64,000 bases of DNA from Acidimicrobiales bacterium (GTDB lineage: Bacteria; Actinomycetota; Acidimicrobiia; Acidimicrobiales; Bog-793). Below are positions 47,821 to 58,147 of the stretch, one piece after another. The DNA lies in assembly GCA_052143575.1 (NCBI GenBank), contig JBKQSP010000033.1:10161-74160 (forward strand), given 5' to 3'. The position numbers were made by a program, and so were the translations under genes. The notes beneath the pieces are model-generated. The model did not search any database. It was given only the letters and a program-made list of their open reading frames with translations, and was not told the DNA's origin. Each line of letters begins with the position of its first letter. Position 1 is the first letter of the stretch.

Positions 47821-48519
47821 ATGTCGCCGGTGAGCCAGGGACAACGATCAGGCAGGGCGGAACCGCGAGAAACCCGTCCGAGCCGCATCGAGGGCTCCTC
47901 GCGAACACGAGTAGGCCGGGGCGAGCAAGCACGGCAGCGGGTGCTTCGCGCCGCCCTCGAGGTGTTGGCGGAGAGCGGGCTGGCCGGCTTCAACATGGAG
48001 TCGATCGCCCGCAAGGCGGGTGCCGGCAAGGCGACGGTCTACCGTCACTGGGCGTCACCCTCCACGCTCCTCGTCGACGCCATGGACGCCCAGTTTCGGC
48101 CCTTCCCCGCCGTCTCCACCGGCGACGTGAGGGCTGACCTCGTCAGCCTTCTCTCGACCTTGACGTCGCTGCTCAACGACTCACCCTTCCCCGGGCTGAT
48201 GGCGGCGTTCATCGACGCCGTCGAGCGCGATCCGGCGCTCGGCGGCTTGCACGCCGAGCTCACAAGCCGGCGCCGCCAGCCGATGCTCGATCTCCTCGCC
48301 GAAGCAGTCCGCCGCCATGACATCGTCGCCGACGCCGACCCCGAACTCGTCGTCGACCTCCTCACCGGTCCCTTCTTCTACCGCCGCTTCATCGCCCACC
48401 GGTCGATACCGCCCGGGATGGCAGCAGCCGTCGTCGATCAGGTTCTCGTATCGCTGCGGCCAAACGCATCCGACAAGCCGCCGCGGCGACCGCCTCGCCA
48501 AGCCGCAGAACGTCCCTAG
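47821..48519 (+). CDS. TetR/AcrR family transcriptional regulator
   Basis: Its HTH reads FNMESIARKAGAGKATVYRHW. Confidence 0.8.
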   Translation: MSPVSQGQRSGRAEPRETRPSRIEGSSRTRVGRGEQARQRVLRAALEVLAESGLAGFNMESIARKAGAGKATVYRHWASPSTLLVDAMDAQFRPFPAVSTGDVRADLVSLLSTLTSLLNDSPFPGLMAAFIDAVERDPALGGLHAELTSRRRQPMLDLLAEAVRRHDIVADADPELVVDLLTGPFFYRRFIAHRSIPPGMAAAVVDQVLVSLRPNASDKPPRRPPRQAAERP

Positions 48520-48995
48520 GGCGCCGAGGGTCGCCTCGGGAGCCAACGGCTCACGCGCCGCTTGTACTCCAGATAGCCGTCGCCGAACGAGCGGCGCAGG
48601 ACCGGCTCCTCGTAGCCGATCACGAAGACGTGAACAACGACAGCCATCTCGGCGGCGTACTCGAGCAGCGAGACGGACTCGAAGATCCACGCCTCCCCGA
48701 GGACGACCGTGATTGCCGCCAGATAGATCGGGTTCCGCACCCAGCGATAGGGACCGGACACCACCAACTGGCGGGGTGGATCCCAGGGTCCCGGCGTGCC
48801 TCGACCCCTCACGGCGAACGCCCGCGCGCACCACACGTACAGGCTCAGGCCGACGAGGACCACCGCCAAAGCGGGCCACACCGACGGCGACGGCAAGCGC
48901 CAGTCGTGAGACAGGAGCCACCACGGCAAGAGCACTGCCCCGACTCCCGGGATCACGAGGCTGAACACGATGTTCTTCACGAGGAGGCGGCTCAC
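48516..48995 (-). CDS. Isoprenylcysteine carboxyl methyltransferase (ICMT/PEMT)-family membrane methyltransferase; the start is uncertain (the maximal ORF reaches 49094)
   Basis: It contains GPYRWVRNPIYLAAITVVLGEAW and EEPVLRRSFGDGYLEYKRRV. The GTG at 48995 leaves the 49029-49050 palindrome upstream of the gene. Confidence 0.65.
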   Translation of the reverse strand: MSRLLVKNIVFSLVIPGVGAVLLPWWLLSHDWRLPSPSVWPALAVVLVGLSLYVWCARAFAVRGRGTPGPWDPPRQLVVSGPYRWVRNPIYLAAITVVLGEAWIFESVSLLEYAAEMAVVVHVFVIGYEEPVLRRSFGDGYLEYKRRVSRWLPRRPSAP

Positions 48996-49028
48996 GATCC
49001 GTGCGGCGCCTTCCTCGAGTCTGACATC

Positions 49029-49050
49029 ATCGATACGGTATCGTATCGAT
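49029..49050. promoter_or_regulatory. Palindrome ATCGATAC-GGTATC-GTATCGAT (8-bp perfect arms)
   Basis: This is seen directly in the sequence. It lies in the divergent region between the ICMT-like gene and the beta-helix protein gene. Confidence 0.4.
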
Positions 49051-49313
49051 GAGCTGACGGAGTTCGTTCGCTGGTCAGGTTCGGCCGTAAGCAAGCCTCC
49101 CAGCCAAGGTGACTGCCGCCGGCCTGTCGAGTTCGGTGAGACGCGGAGTGCACCGCACGCGACTACCTGGCCAACCCGGGGACCCAGTCCGTGACCCGAC
49201 AGCTTGGTGCGGAAGCGAGGGCTCTCCCGCGGCCCTCATCGGCTGAATTCGCCTCGGCAGGGCACGGACCCCCTGTTAGCCTGCCGGGCAGTCCGATCGC
49301 GGGAGGACACAGA

Positions 49314-51188
49314 ATGCGTGCAGAACTCGAGCAGCCGGCGGCGACCGGGGCGGGGCGTCCGCATCGACGGACCATGCTTCGCCGGTGCCGAGGGACAGCC
49401 TTCGCCACGGTGCTGGCTGCGGGCGTGCTGGCCGGAACCTCGTCCGCCGCTTCCGCCGCCACGGCCGTCACGCTGTACGTCGCCAAGTCAGGAACCGCCA
49501 CCAGCGGCTGCACCGCCTCCAAACCATGCGCCACCATCGCCGACGGCATCGAGGCGGCTGAATCGCTCAGCGGCGACACCGTCACGATCGACGTCGCCGC
49601 ATCGACAACGCATTACGACGAGAACTTGACGGTCGAGGACACGACGAATCCGTCGCTCACCATCAAGGGAGCCGGCGCCACGAGCACGACGCTCGACGGT
49701 TCGAGCGACGGTACGCCCGACCTCGAGGTTGGCGCCGGCGTCGTGACGATCAGCGGGCTCTCCATCGTGAACGGCGTCGCCTCCTACCCGGGCGGCGGGG
49801 TGGAGAACTCCGCCACGCTCACCCTCTCGGGCGACACCCTCTCGGGCGACTCGGGCACCTACGGGGGTGCCATCCACAACACCGGAACGCTCACGCTCAC
49901 CGGCGACACCATCTCGCGCGACGACGGCAGTGAAGGGGGCGGCGGCCTCTACAACCAGGGCCCCGCCACCCTCGACGACGACACGTTCTCGCAGGATTCG
50001 GGATACGACGGCGACGGCGTCTTCAACACGACGGCCACGCTCACCGGCAGCGGCGACACGTTTTCGTCGGATTCCGGCGCCGACGAGGGCGGCGGCCTCT
50101 ACAACGCGTCGGGCGATGTCACGCTCGCCGACAGCACCTTCAGCGACAACTCGGCGGTCTACGGCGGCGCGGCGTTCAACTACACGGGCCACCTCACGCT
50201 CACCGGTGGCACTCTCTCGGGTGACAAGGCGAGCGCCGAGTACGGCGGCGGCGTCGCCAACTACACCGGCACCGTCATCCTCACCGACGAGACCGTTTCG
50301 GGCGACACCGCCGCGACCGACGGTGCCGGCGTCTTCAGCGAGGGATCGGCCACGCTCACCGACGACACCCTCTCGGGCGACAAGGCTTCGTCCGGCGGTG
50401 GCGTCTTCAGCGACGGCACGCTGCTCATGACGAACGACACGCTCTTTGGCGACGAGGCTTCCTCGGAAGGCGGCGGCATCTACTCCGGCGACACGGCCAC
50501 GCTTACCGACGACACCCTCTCGCAGGACACGGCCTCCGACGGCGGGGGCATCGTGGCCTTCGAGACGGTGACCGTCGCTTCCTCGATCCTCGAGGCGGCA
50601 CCATGTGCGGGTATCGACTTCTCCGACGGTGGCCACAACGTGGAGTCGGACGACTCATGTGGATTCGGCGCCACGAGCAAGGTGAACAGCCACACCATCG
50701 CGCTCGCCGCCGCCCTTGCTCGCAACGGCTCGAAGGGTCCCGAGACCCTTGCCATCGCGCCGGGCAGCTCTGCCTACGACGAGGTGCCGAGCGCCCATTG
50801 CACGGTCGGGACCGATGAGCGGGGCATGCACCGACCGGGCGAGCTCGGCCAGAGTGCCTGCGACGCCGGCGCCTTCGAGTTCCAGTCGAGCGTCGCCTCA
50901 CCTGCTCAACACGTGCGGGCGACGGCACGTAACAAGTCGATCACGCTCCACTGGAGCGCTCCCGCTTCCAACGGCGGCCTCGCCGTCTCGGGCTATAACG
51001 CCTACTGCTCGAAGACGAGGCCCGTGTCCACCAAGGGGCCGCCGGGGGCAAAGGTGAGCGGCAAGGATTACTCCGCCACTCTGAAGGGACTCAAGAACGG
51101 CACGAAGTACTACTGCGTCGTGCTCGCCCTCAACGCAAAGGGCACGTCGTCACCGTCGTCAACGGTGACGACGACGCCAAAGAAGTGA
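49314..51188 (+). CDS. Secreted parallel beta-helix repeat protein (Pmp-like GGxI/FxxN-type repeats) with a C-terminal fibronectin type III domain
   Basis: A GGGAGG RBS lies 7 nt upstream of the ATG. A signal-like sequence (TAFATVLAAGVLAGTSSAASAAT) is present. At least 11 repeats of roughly 22-25 aa follow the pattern TLSGD..A..GGG(I/V/L).(N/S). The FN3-like end reads ITLHWSAPASNGGLAVSGYNAYC...GTKYYCVVLALN. Confidence 0.75.
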   Translation: MRAELEQPAATGAGRPHRRTMLRRCRGTAFATVLAAGVLAGTSSAASAATAVTLYVAKSGTATSGCTASKPCATIADGIEAAESLSGDTVTIDVAASTTHYDENLTVEDTTNPSLTIKGAGATSTTLDGSSDGTPDLEVGAGVVTISGLSIVNGVASYPGGGVENSATLTLSGDTLSGDSGTYGGAIHNTGTLTLTGDTISRDDGSEGGGGLYNQGPATLDDDTFSQDSGYDGDGVFNTTATLTGSGDTFSSDSGADEGGGLYNASGDVTLADSTFSDNSAVYGGAAFNYTGHLTLTGGTLSGDKASAEYGGGVANYTGTVILTDETVSGDTAATDGAGVFSEGSATLTDDTLSGDKASSGGGVFSDGTLLMTNDTLFGDEASSEGGGIYSGDTATLTDDTLSQDTASDGGGIVAFETVTVASSILEAAPCAGIDFSDGGHNVESDDSCGFGATSKVNSHTIALAAALARNGSKGPETLAIAPGSSAYDEVPSAHCTVGTDERGMHRPGELGQSACDAGAFEFQSSVASPAQHVRATARNKSITLHWSAPASNGGLAVSGYNAYCSKTRPVSTKGPPGAKVSGKDYSATLKGLKNGTKYYCVVLALNAKGTSSPSSTVTTTPKK

Positions 51189-51641
51189 TTGGCGGGAATG
51201 TCGTCTAGAGGCTGCTGAGCGCGCGCTGGGAACGAATGTTGGGACGGCGGGGCCGGGGAGCTTCTGGGTATCCTCGATGGCATGGAGGCGGCTGACACAC
51301 TGACGTAGCGGGAATGAGCCGAAAGTCCTCGCCTGCCTTCCGGCGCATTCAAAGTCTCCGGCGTTCGCGAGAACTGGCAAAGCGCAGCGCAATGAGCCAA
51401 GCCCGGTGGGCAGAATCGGGACGCTGGCGAGGCCGCGACGGATATAGGAGAGCGATCTCCAAGTGCTCGTATCGATGGCGCGGACCCTGGTTCTATTGCA
51501 GCAGGCCGTACTCGTCCTCCCGGTCGAACTGACCAACCAGCGCAAAGCGAGCACCGCAAGCCCGATACCCGCCGTGGCGGGTGGAAAGACATGCCGTGGA
51601 CGCAGTGCGAGACGATCAGGCCGCTGAGCAGGGATTTTCAG

Positions 51642-53107
<1,466 letters not shown>

Positions 53108-53123
53108 ACCTCCCGGCTCGGTG

Positions 53124-53143
53124 CCGGCGGTCAGCACCGCCGG
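53124..53143 (+). terminator. Candidate stem-loop terminator after sqdB (CCGGCGG-TCAGCA-CCGCCGG), with no U-tract
   Basis: A perfect 7-bp GC stem lies 17 nt after the sqdB stop. Confidence 0.3.
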
Positions 53144-53193
53144 ATCACGGAGGACGGCAGTCCGGCGCCCTCAGGCACTAGCTTCACCTGGTC

Positions 53194-54453
53194 ATGTTCG
53201 GGGCTCTCCGCCGTCGCCGCGGGCTCCAAGTGGCGCGCCGCTCCAAGGGGCGGGTAGCTGCCTGGATCGCCACCGTTGTCGTCGCCGCAATCGTCATCGG
53301 TGAAGTGGCGGCGGACGTCGTGAACTCCTCCGGGCCGGCTTCGGTGATGTCGGATCGGACCTACGCAGCCGCCGTGGTGCCGATCATCGACGAGTCGACC
53401 GCACTGCTGCCGTGGTTGACCGACGTGCGGACGAAGCCTGTCAGCCTCGGGCGAGCCGGCATCGAGTCCGCCCTCGGCCACCTCGTCTCCGGCTCGGCGA
53501 ACGTCGAGCTGCAGCTGGCGCAGCTCGGTATCGCACCGCCGAGCGCCCGAGCCGGCGACTACCTGTCGGAGACCCTCGCCGCCCGCACGGCCGCTGCGCG
53601 TCAGGTCACCGGCGGCATCGCCCAGGCGATCGGCCCGACCGCCGGCGAGGGCGCCGCCACCGCCTCCCTCCTTGCCGCCGCCGCCGACCTGCAGCGGTCC
53701 GACGACGACTACACGCGCTTTGTCGACTCACTTCCGGGTTACGTCACTCGCTCTGTGGCGCTGCCGGCATCTCAGTGGTACGAGGCGGCCGAGTGGTCGC
53801 CGACGGCGGTGTCGTCGTTCGCGTCGCTGCTCCGCTCGACCGCCGCCCTCAAGGTGAATCACTCCCTGCTCATCGTCGCCGTCACCGTGTCGCCGCCCGA
53901 CTTGCGGATCACGGGCCTGCCGACCACGACGACCACGACCACGACTACGACCACGTCGACGACGACGACGAGCACGACCACCACCACGACGACGACGCTG
54001 CCGGGCGTGACGACGAGCAGCACGCTGCCCACAACGGCGACGAGCACGACAACCACGACGAGCACGACAACCACGACGACGACGATGCAGATCCCACCGC
54101 CCGGCTCGGTGTCCTTCTACCCGCCGACGAGTCATCTCTCCGTCGAAGTCGTCATCGCCAATGCAGGCGATGTGCCGGCTTCCAACGTGCGGGTCGGTGC
54201 GAAGCTCACCCCGGTGACTGCCTCACCCTCTGGGAAGGCGCCATCGGGCCACAAGACGAGCACCACGACGACCCCGGCGGGACCGGTGCTGCACAGCGCA
54301 GCGACATCGAGCCTCATCGCCGCCCTCGCTGCCGGCAGATCCGTCGACATCACACTGCCCGCCCTGAGCTGTCAGGCAGGTGGACGCTACGTGCTCGAGA
54401 TCAAGGTGGGAGACGACGTCGAGTCCTTCACGCTCCAAGTGGCGGCGGACTGA
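53194..54453 (+). CDS. Membrane-anchored hypothetical protein with a long poly-Thr/Ser linker and a CARDB-like C-terminal domain
   Basis: It has the N-terminal TM helix VAAWIATVVVAAIVIGEV. A tract of about 55 aa is almost entirely Thr/Ser. The C-terminus reads LSVEVVIANAGDVPASNVRVGAKL...GRSVDITLPAL. Confidence 0.6.
   Translation: MFGALRRRRGLQVARRSKGRVAAWIATVVVAAIVIGEVAADVVNSSGPASVMSDRTYAAAVVPIIDESTALLPWLTDVRTKPVSLGRAGIESALGHLVSGSANVELQLAQLGIAPPSARAGDYLSETLAARTAAARQVTGGIAQAIGPTAGEGAATASLLAAAADLQRSDDDYTRFVDSLPGYVTRSVALPASQWYEAAEWSPTAVSSFASLLRSTAALKVNHSLLIVAVTVSPPDLRITGLPTTTTTTTTTTTSTTTTSTTTTTTTTLPGVTTSSTLPTTATSTTTTTSTTTTTTTMQIPPPGSVSFYPPTSHLSVEVVIANAGDVPASNVRVGAKLTPVTASPSGKAPSGHKTSTTTTPAGPVLHSAATSSLIAALAAGRSVDITLPALSCQAGGRYVLEIKVGDDVESFTLQVAAD
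53921..54087 (+). repeat. Low-complexity ACG/ACC/ACA trinucleotide tract encoding poly-Thr/Ser
   Basis: This is seen directly in the sequence: ...ccgaccacgacgaccacgaccacgactacgaccacgtcgacgacgacgacgagcacgaccaccaccacgacg... Confidence 0.85.
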
Positions 54454-55651
54454 GGTCGTCGTCGCCCTCCGTCTCGGGAAGGACGGAGCGAAAACCGGCT
54501 TCGGCCCGCGCCGTCACCTCGATGAGCGTGAGCCCTGTGATGCGGGCGACACGAGCAGCGTCGGAGTACTCGGCTTTCACGCGCCCCGGGCTCACCTTCA
54601 CGCGCACGGGTAGGCCTTCGACCTCGACAACACCCGGTTGGCGCTCGGCCGCCCAACGTTGCACGCCGGAGGCTCGAACACCGAGGGTGCCCGTCTCGGC
54701 CGTCAGCAGGGCCGAGAGCTGGCTTGCGAGCGCCGGGTCGCACAGCACGCTCACGACATGGCCGGGACGGCCGCGCTTCATCACGACGGGATGGATCCAG
54801 GCGTCGAGCGCCCCAGCCTCGAGGAGTCGGTCGACGGCATGAGCAAGGGTCTCTCCCGTGGCGTCGTCAAGGTTCGACTCGAGCACCACGAGTGGCTGAC
54901 CGACGGGACCGGCCGACCCCTCCGAGTCCGCCGCCATGCCGATGACGACCTGGGTGCAGTTCGGTGTCCCCTCCAGCTCGCGGACGCCGGCTCCGAAACC
55001 CGACGCCTCGATCGTCATGGCCGGCATTGGTCCGAACTCCGTTCCCCAGGCCCGCAGGATGGCGGCGCCGGTCGGTGTCGTGAGCTCGACGTTGACGTCG
55101 CGCCCGACCGTCGGGATGCCGGCGAGCAGCTCGACCACGGCGGGGGCAGGGTTGGGCAAAAGGCCATGGGCGGTCCGCACGACGCCCGTGCCAGTCACGA
55201 CCGGGCTCGCCGCCACGCTGTCGATCCCGAGCAGCTCGAGGGCGATGGCCGAGCCGACGATGTCGACGATGGCGTCGTGACCGCCGACTTCGTGGAAATG
55301 GACCTGAGCAGGCGGGCGCCGGTGCAGGCGCCCTTCCACCTCGGCCAGCACGGAGAAAGCGGCCACGGCGCGGGCGCGCACCCGCTCGGGCAGACGAGCC
55401 TCCTCGACGATCCCGATGACGTGCATGAAGGTCCGCACGACGCCGTCGTCGCGCGCCGACACGATCGCCTGTGTCGCCGCCAGACCGTTTCGCAGCACGG
55501 GCTCAAACTCGAGCGACCAGCCACCGATGGGAATCTGGCCGAGCAGCTTCACGAGCTCGTCGGTGTCGGCCCCGGCGTCGACGAGGCTGCCGAGCGTCAT
55601 GTCGCCCGAGATGCCCGAGAAGCAGTTGAACCAGGCGATGCGACGGCTCAT
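54428..55651 (-). CDS. larC: Nickel-pincer cofactor biosynthesis protein LarC (nickel insertion, DUF111 family)
   Basis: The ATG at 55651 overlaps the larB stop (ATGA). The N-terminus reads MSRRIAWFNCFSGISGDMTLGSLVDAGA. It also contains HFHEVGGHDAIVDIVG. Confidence 0.85.
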   Translation of the reverse strand: MSRRIAWFNCFSGISGDMTLGSLVDAGADTDELVKLLGQIPIGGWSLEFEPVLRNGLAATQAIVSARDDGVVRTFMHVIGIVEEARLPERVRARAVAAFSVLAEVEGRLHRRPPAQVHFHEVGGHDAIVDIVGSAIALELLGIDSVAASPVVTGTGVVRTAHGLLPNPAPAVVELLAGIPTVGRDVNVELTTPTGAAILRAWGTEFGPMPAMTIEASGFGAGVRELEGTPNCTQVVIGMAADSEGSAGPVGQPLVVLESNLDDATGETLAHAVDRLLEAGALDAWIHPVVMKRGRPGHVVSVLCDPALASQLSALLTAETGTLGVRASGVQRWAAERQPGVVEVEGLPVRVKVSPGRVKAEYSDAARVARITGLTLIEVTARAEAGFRSVLPETEGDDDLSPPPLGA

Positions 55652-56412
55652 CGGAGGATCCGAGCGACGGCGCACGCCGCACCGAAGCCGTTGTCGATGC
55701 CGACGACGCAGACGCCGGCCGCACAGGAGGCGTGCATTGCGAGCAGAGCCGTCACGCCGTCGAGGGCAGCCCCGTACCCGGCCGAGGTGGGCACGGCGAT
55801 CACCGGTGCGGGCGTGAGACCGCCGACGAGGCTCGCCAAGGCCCCTTCCATACCGGCGATGACGACGACGGCGTCTGCATCCACGAGCTCGTCGAAGGCG
55901 GCGAGTATCCGGTGGACACCGGCGACGCCGCAGTCCTGCGTCACCTCCGGCCTGAAGCCGTAGGCACGCAGCGTCGCCACGCACTCGTCGCTCGCCGGTT
56001 GATCGGCCGTGCCCGCTGAGCAGACCAGTATCCGGCCCGGCCGCGCGGCGTTCGGGCGCCAGTAGAGCGTGCGCAGGCGGTCGTGCTCGGCTGCGGAGGC
56101 ATCAGGAACGCAGACGCCGTCCGGGCAGAGGGCGAGGGCCGCGGCCGCCTGCAGTGCCGTCGCCCGCGTCAGGAGAACGGGGCCGCTCCCACCGGCAAGG
56201 AGCTCGGCCACGATGCCGGCGCACTGAGCAGGCGTCTTGCCGGGGCCGTAGATCGCCTCCACCATGCCCTGGCGCAGCGGCCGGTGGTGGTCGACCTTGG
56301 CATAACCGAGGTCGGTGAAGGGCAACCGCTGCAGCCGGGTCACGGCATCGTCTGGCGAACAGGCGCCTGATTGGATGTCCTCTACAAGTTGGCGCACGTC
56401 GAACTCGTCCAT
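55648..56412 (-). CDS. larB: Nickel-pincer cofactor biosynthesis protein LarB (PurE-like carboxylase/hydrolase)
   Basis: It contains AKVDHHRPLRQGMVEAIYGPGKT and AVVVIAGMEGALASLVGGL, followed by the C-terminal PVIAVPTSAGYG. Confidence 0.85.
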   Translation of the reverse strand: MDEFDVRQLVEDIQSGACSPDDAVTRLQRLPFTDLGYAKVDHHRPLRQGMVEAIYGPGKTPAQCAGIVAELLAGGSGPVLLTRATALQAAAALALCPDGVCVPDASAAEHDRLRTLYWRPNAARPGRILVCSAGTADQPASDECVATLRAYGFRPEVTQDCGVAGVHRILAAFDELVDADAVVVIAGMEGALASLVGGLTPAPVIAVPTSAGYGAALDGVTALLAMHASCAAGVCVVGIDNGFGAACAVARILR

Positions 56413-56433
56413 TGTGCTTACTATCCTGCCCGC

Positions 56434-57393
56434 ATGGACGGGGACTTGCGACCTTCGAGCTCGCGCTGGCCGACGATCGGCTTCCTCGGCCCTCCTGGCA
56501 CCTTCACCGAGGAGGCCTTACTGGCTGAACCGGAGCTTGCCTCCGCCGACCTCGTCCCCTTTCCCACGATCGGAGAAGTGCTCACGGCCGTGGACGCCGG
56601 CGAGGTGGCGGCCGGCTACGTGCCGATCGAGAACTCCATCGAAGGGACCGTCCCGGTCACCCTCGACCACCTCGTCTTCGAATCGGAGCTGCTGATCCAA
56701 GGCGAGTCCATCCTGGACGTCCACCTGCACCTCCTGGCGCCGCCGGGGACCAAGGTCGCCGACGTGCGCCGTGTCGTCTCGTTCCCGCACGCCAGCGCCC
56801 AGTGCCGGCGCTACGTGCGGGAGGTGCTCGGCGGCGCCGAAGTCGTGGCGTCGAACTCGACGGCGGAGGCTGCCCGGCTCGTCGGCAGCGAGCCCAGCGA
56901 AGGGACGGCTGCCATCGCCCCAATGCTGGCCGGCCGTCTCTACGGCCTCGAAGCCATCGCCGAGCGCATCGAGGATTACGGGGAGAACCAGACCCGCTTC
57001 CTCCTCGTGGCACCGGGCGAGGTGCCGGCGCCGACCGGGCACGATCGCACGAGCATCGTCTGTTTCCAGCAGGCGGACCGACCGGGCAGCCTGCACGAGA
57101 TCCTCTCCCACTTCTCGGCGCGGAGCCTCAACCTCACCAAGATCGAGTCACGGCCGACCAAGCAGGGGCTGGGCGACTACTGCTTTGTCATCGACCTCGA
57201 GGGACACGTCACCGACGAGGTGGTCGGTGACTGCCTGAAGGAGTTGCACATGGTCCTGGCCGGTCTCAAGTTCCTCGGCTCCTACCCGGCAGCCGGGGAC
57301 CACGGTCCCCGCCTGCGTGAGGCGTCCTCGGTGCGGCGACGCGACGCCGAGACCTGGTTGTCGTCGGTGCGCGCCCAGATCCGCCCCGGCTGA
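56434..57393 (+). CDS. pheA: Prephenate dehydratase with a C-terminal ACT domain
   Basis: It contains TIGFLGPPGTFTEEA, the TRFL motif (ENQTRFLLV) and the ACT region ESRPTKQGLGDYCFVIDLEGH. Confidence 0.9.
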   Translation: MDGDLRPSSSRWPTIGFLGPPGTFTEEALLAEPELASADLVPFPTIGEVLTAVDAGEVAAGYVPIENSIEGTVPVTLDHLVFESELLIQGESILDVHLHLLAPPGTKVADVRRVVSFPHASAQCRRYVREVLGGAEVVASNSTAEAARLVGSEPSEGTAAIAPMLAGRLYGLEAIAERIEDYGENQTRFLLVAPGEVPAPTGHDRTSIVCFQQADRPGSLHEILSHFSARSLNLTKIESRPTKQGLGDYCFVIDLEGHVTDEVVGDCLKELHMVLAGLKFLGSYPAAGDHGPRLREASSVRRRDAETWLSSVRAQIRPG

Positions 57394-57453
57394 GCGCGAC
57401 GTCCGTGCCGCTGGCCGGTGCGCCCCGCGCTGCACGCCGTGCGCCTTCGGCAG

Positions 57454-58083
57454 TCAGCGTGTCGCCGCCCCACCCCGCACGAGCTCCACGATGGCAGGGC
57501 CGGCGGCGACGACGGAGCCGGCAGCGAAGGGGGGCTGCGGGTCGTACTCGATGCCGAGTTGGATCGCCTTGGCGACGTCGCTGCCGGCGATCAAGGCGGC
57601 CAGCGTGAGCGCCATGTCGATCCCGGCGGAGACGCCGGCGGCCGTGACGACGCGTCCCTGCACCACGACGCGTCGTGCTGTGTAGGTGGCGCCGAAGGAC
57701 TCGAGAGCATCGACCCGCGACCAATGCGTCGTCGCCTCGATCCCTCTCAACAGCCCGGCTGCCCCGAGGATCTCCGACCCGGTGCACACCGACGTCGTCC
57801 AGTCGGTCGTCTGGTGCAGCGCCTGCACCCAGGCGACGAGCGCCGGGTCGAGGACGGCATCTCGCGAACCCGGGCCGCCCGGCACGACGAGCACCTCGCA
57901 GGCGTCGATCTCCGCGAAGGCGGCGTCGGCGACGAGCGCCAGGCTGCCCGTGTCGGTGCGCACGGAGCGGGGTGACGAGGCGGCAAACACGACCGAAGCG
58001 CCCGGGAGCCGGGAGAGGACCTCGTAGGGACCGACGGCGTCGAGGGCGGTGAAGCGCTCGTAGAGCGGGATGACGATTCTCAT
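57454..58083 (-). CDS. DJ-1/PfpI family protein
   Basis: The ATG at 58083 is in the frame of ORF 57454..58251. The nucleophile elbow is TTSVCTGSEILGAAGLL. Confidence 0.85.
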   Translation of the reverse strand: MRIVIPLYERFTALDAVGPYEVLSRLPGASVVFAASSPRSVRTDTGSLALVADAAFAEIDACEVLVVPGGPGSRDAVLDPALVAWVQALHQTTDWTTSVCTGSEILGAAGLLRGIEATTHWSRVDALESFGATYTARRVVVQGRVVTAAGVSAGIDMALTLAALIAGSDVAKAIQLGIEYDPQPPFAAGSVVAAGPAIVELVRGGAATR

Positions 58084-58147
58084 GGCAGTGTCCTTTCGGG
58101 AGGGAGCCGAGCGGGATGGCTCGGCCGGGCCGGACCGGGTGTCGAGC

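Noticed and set aside
51189-51641. Tested the non-coding stretch by eye for tmRNA, RNase P RNA, SRP RNA, 6S RNA and 6C RNA.
   Set aside because: No tRNA-like acceptor/T-arm end or tag reading frame is present. GAAAGTCC occurs once, but the flanking P4 consensus (GAGGAAAGUCCGGGC / ACAGAACCCGGCUUA) is absent, and the SRP GGAA tetraloop context and C-rich 6C loops are missing. The region is kept only as an unexplained region in the findings.
53859-54074. A 71-aa poly-Val ORF on the minus strand.
   Set aside because: It is the mirror image of the ACN (Thr) codon tract of the 53194..54453 gene, so it is a low-complexity artefact.
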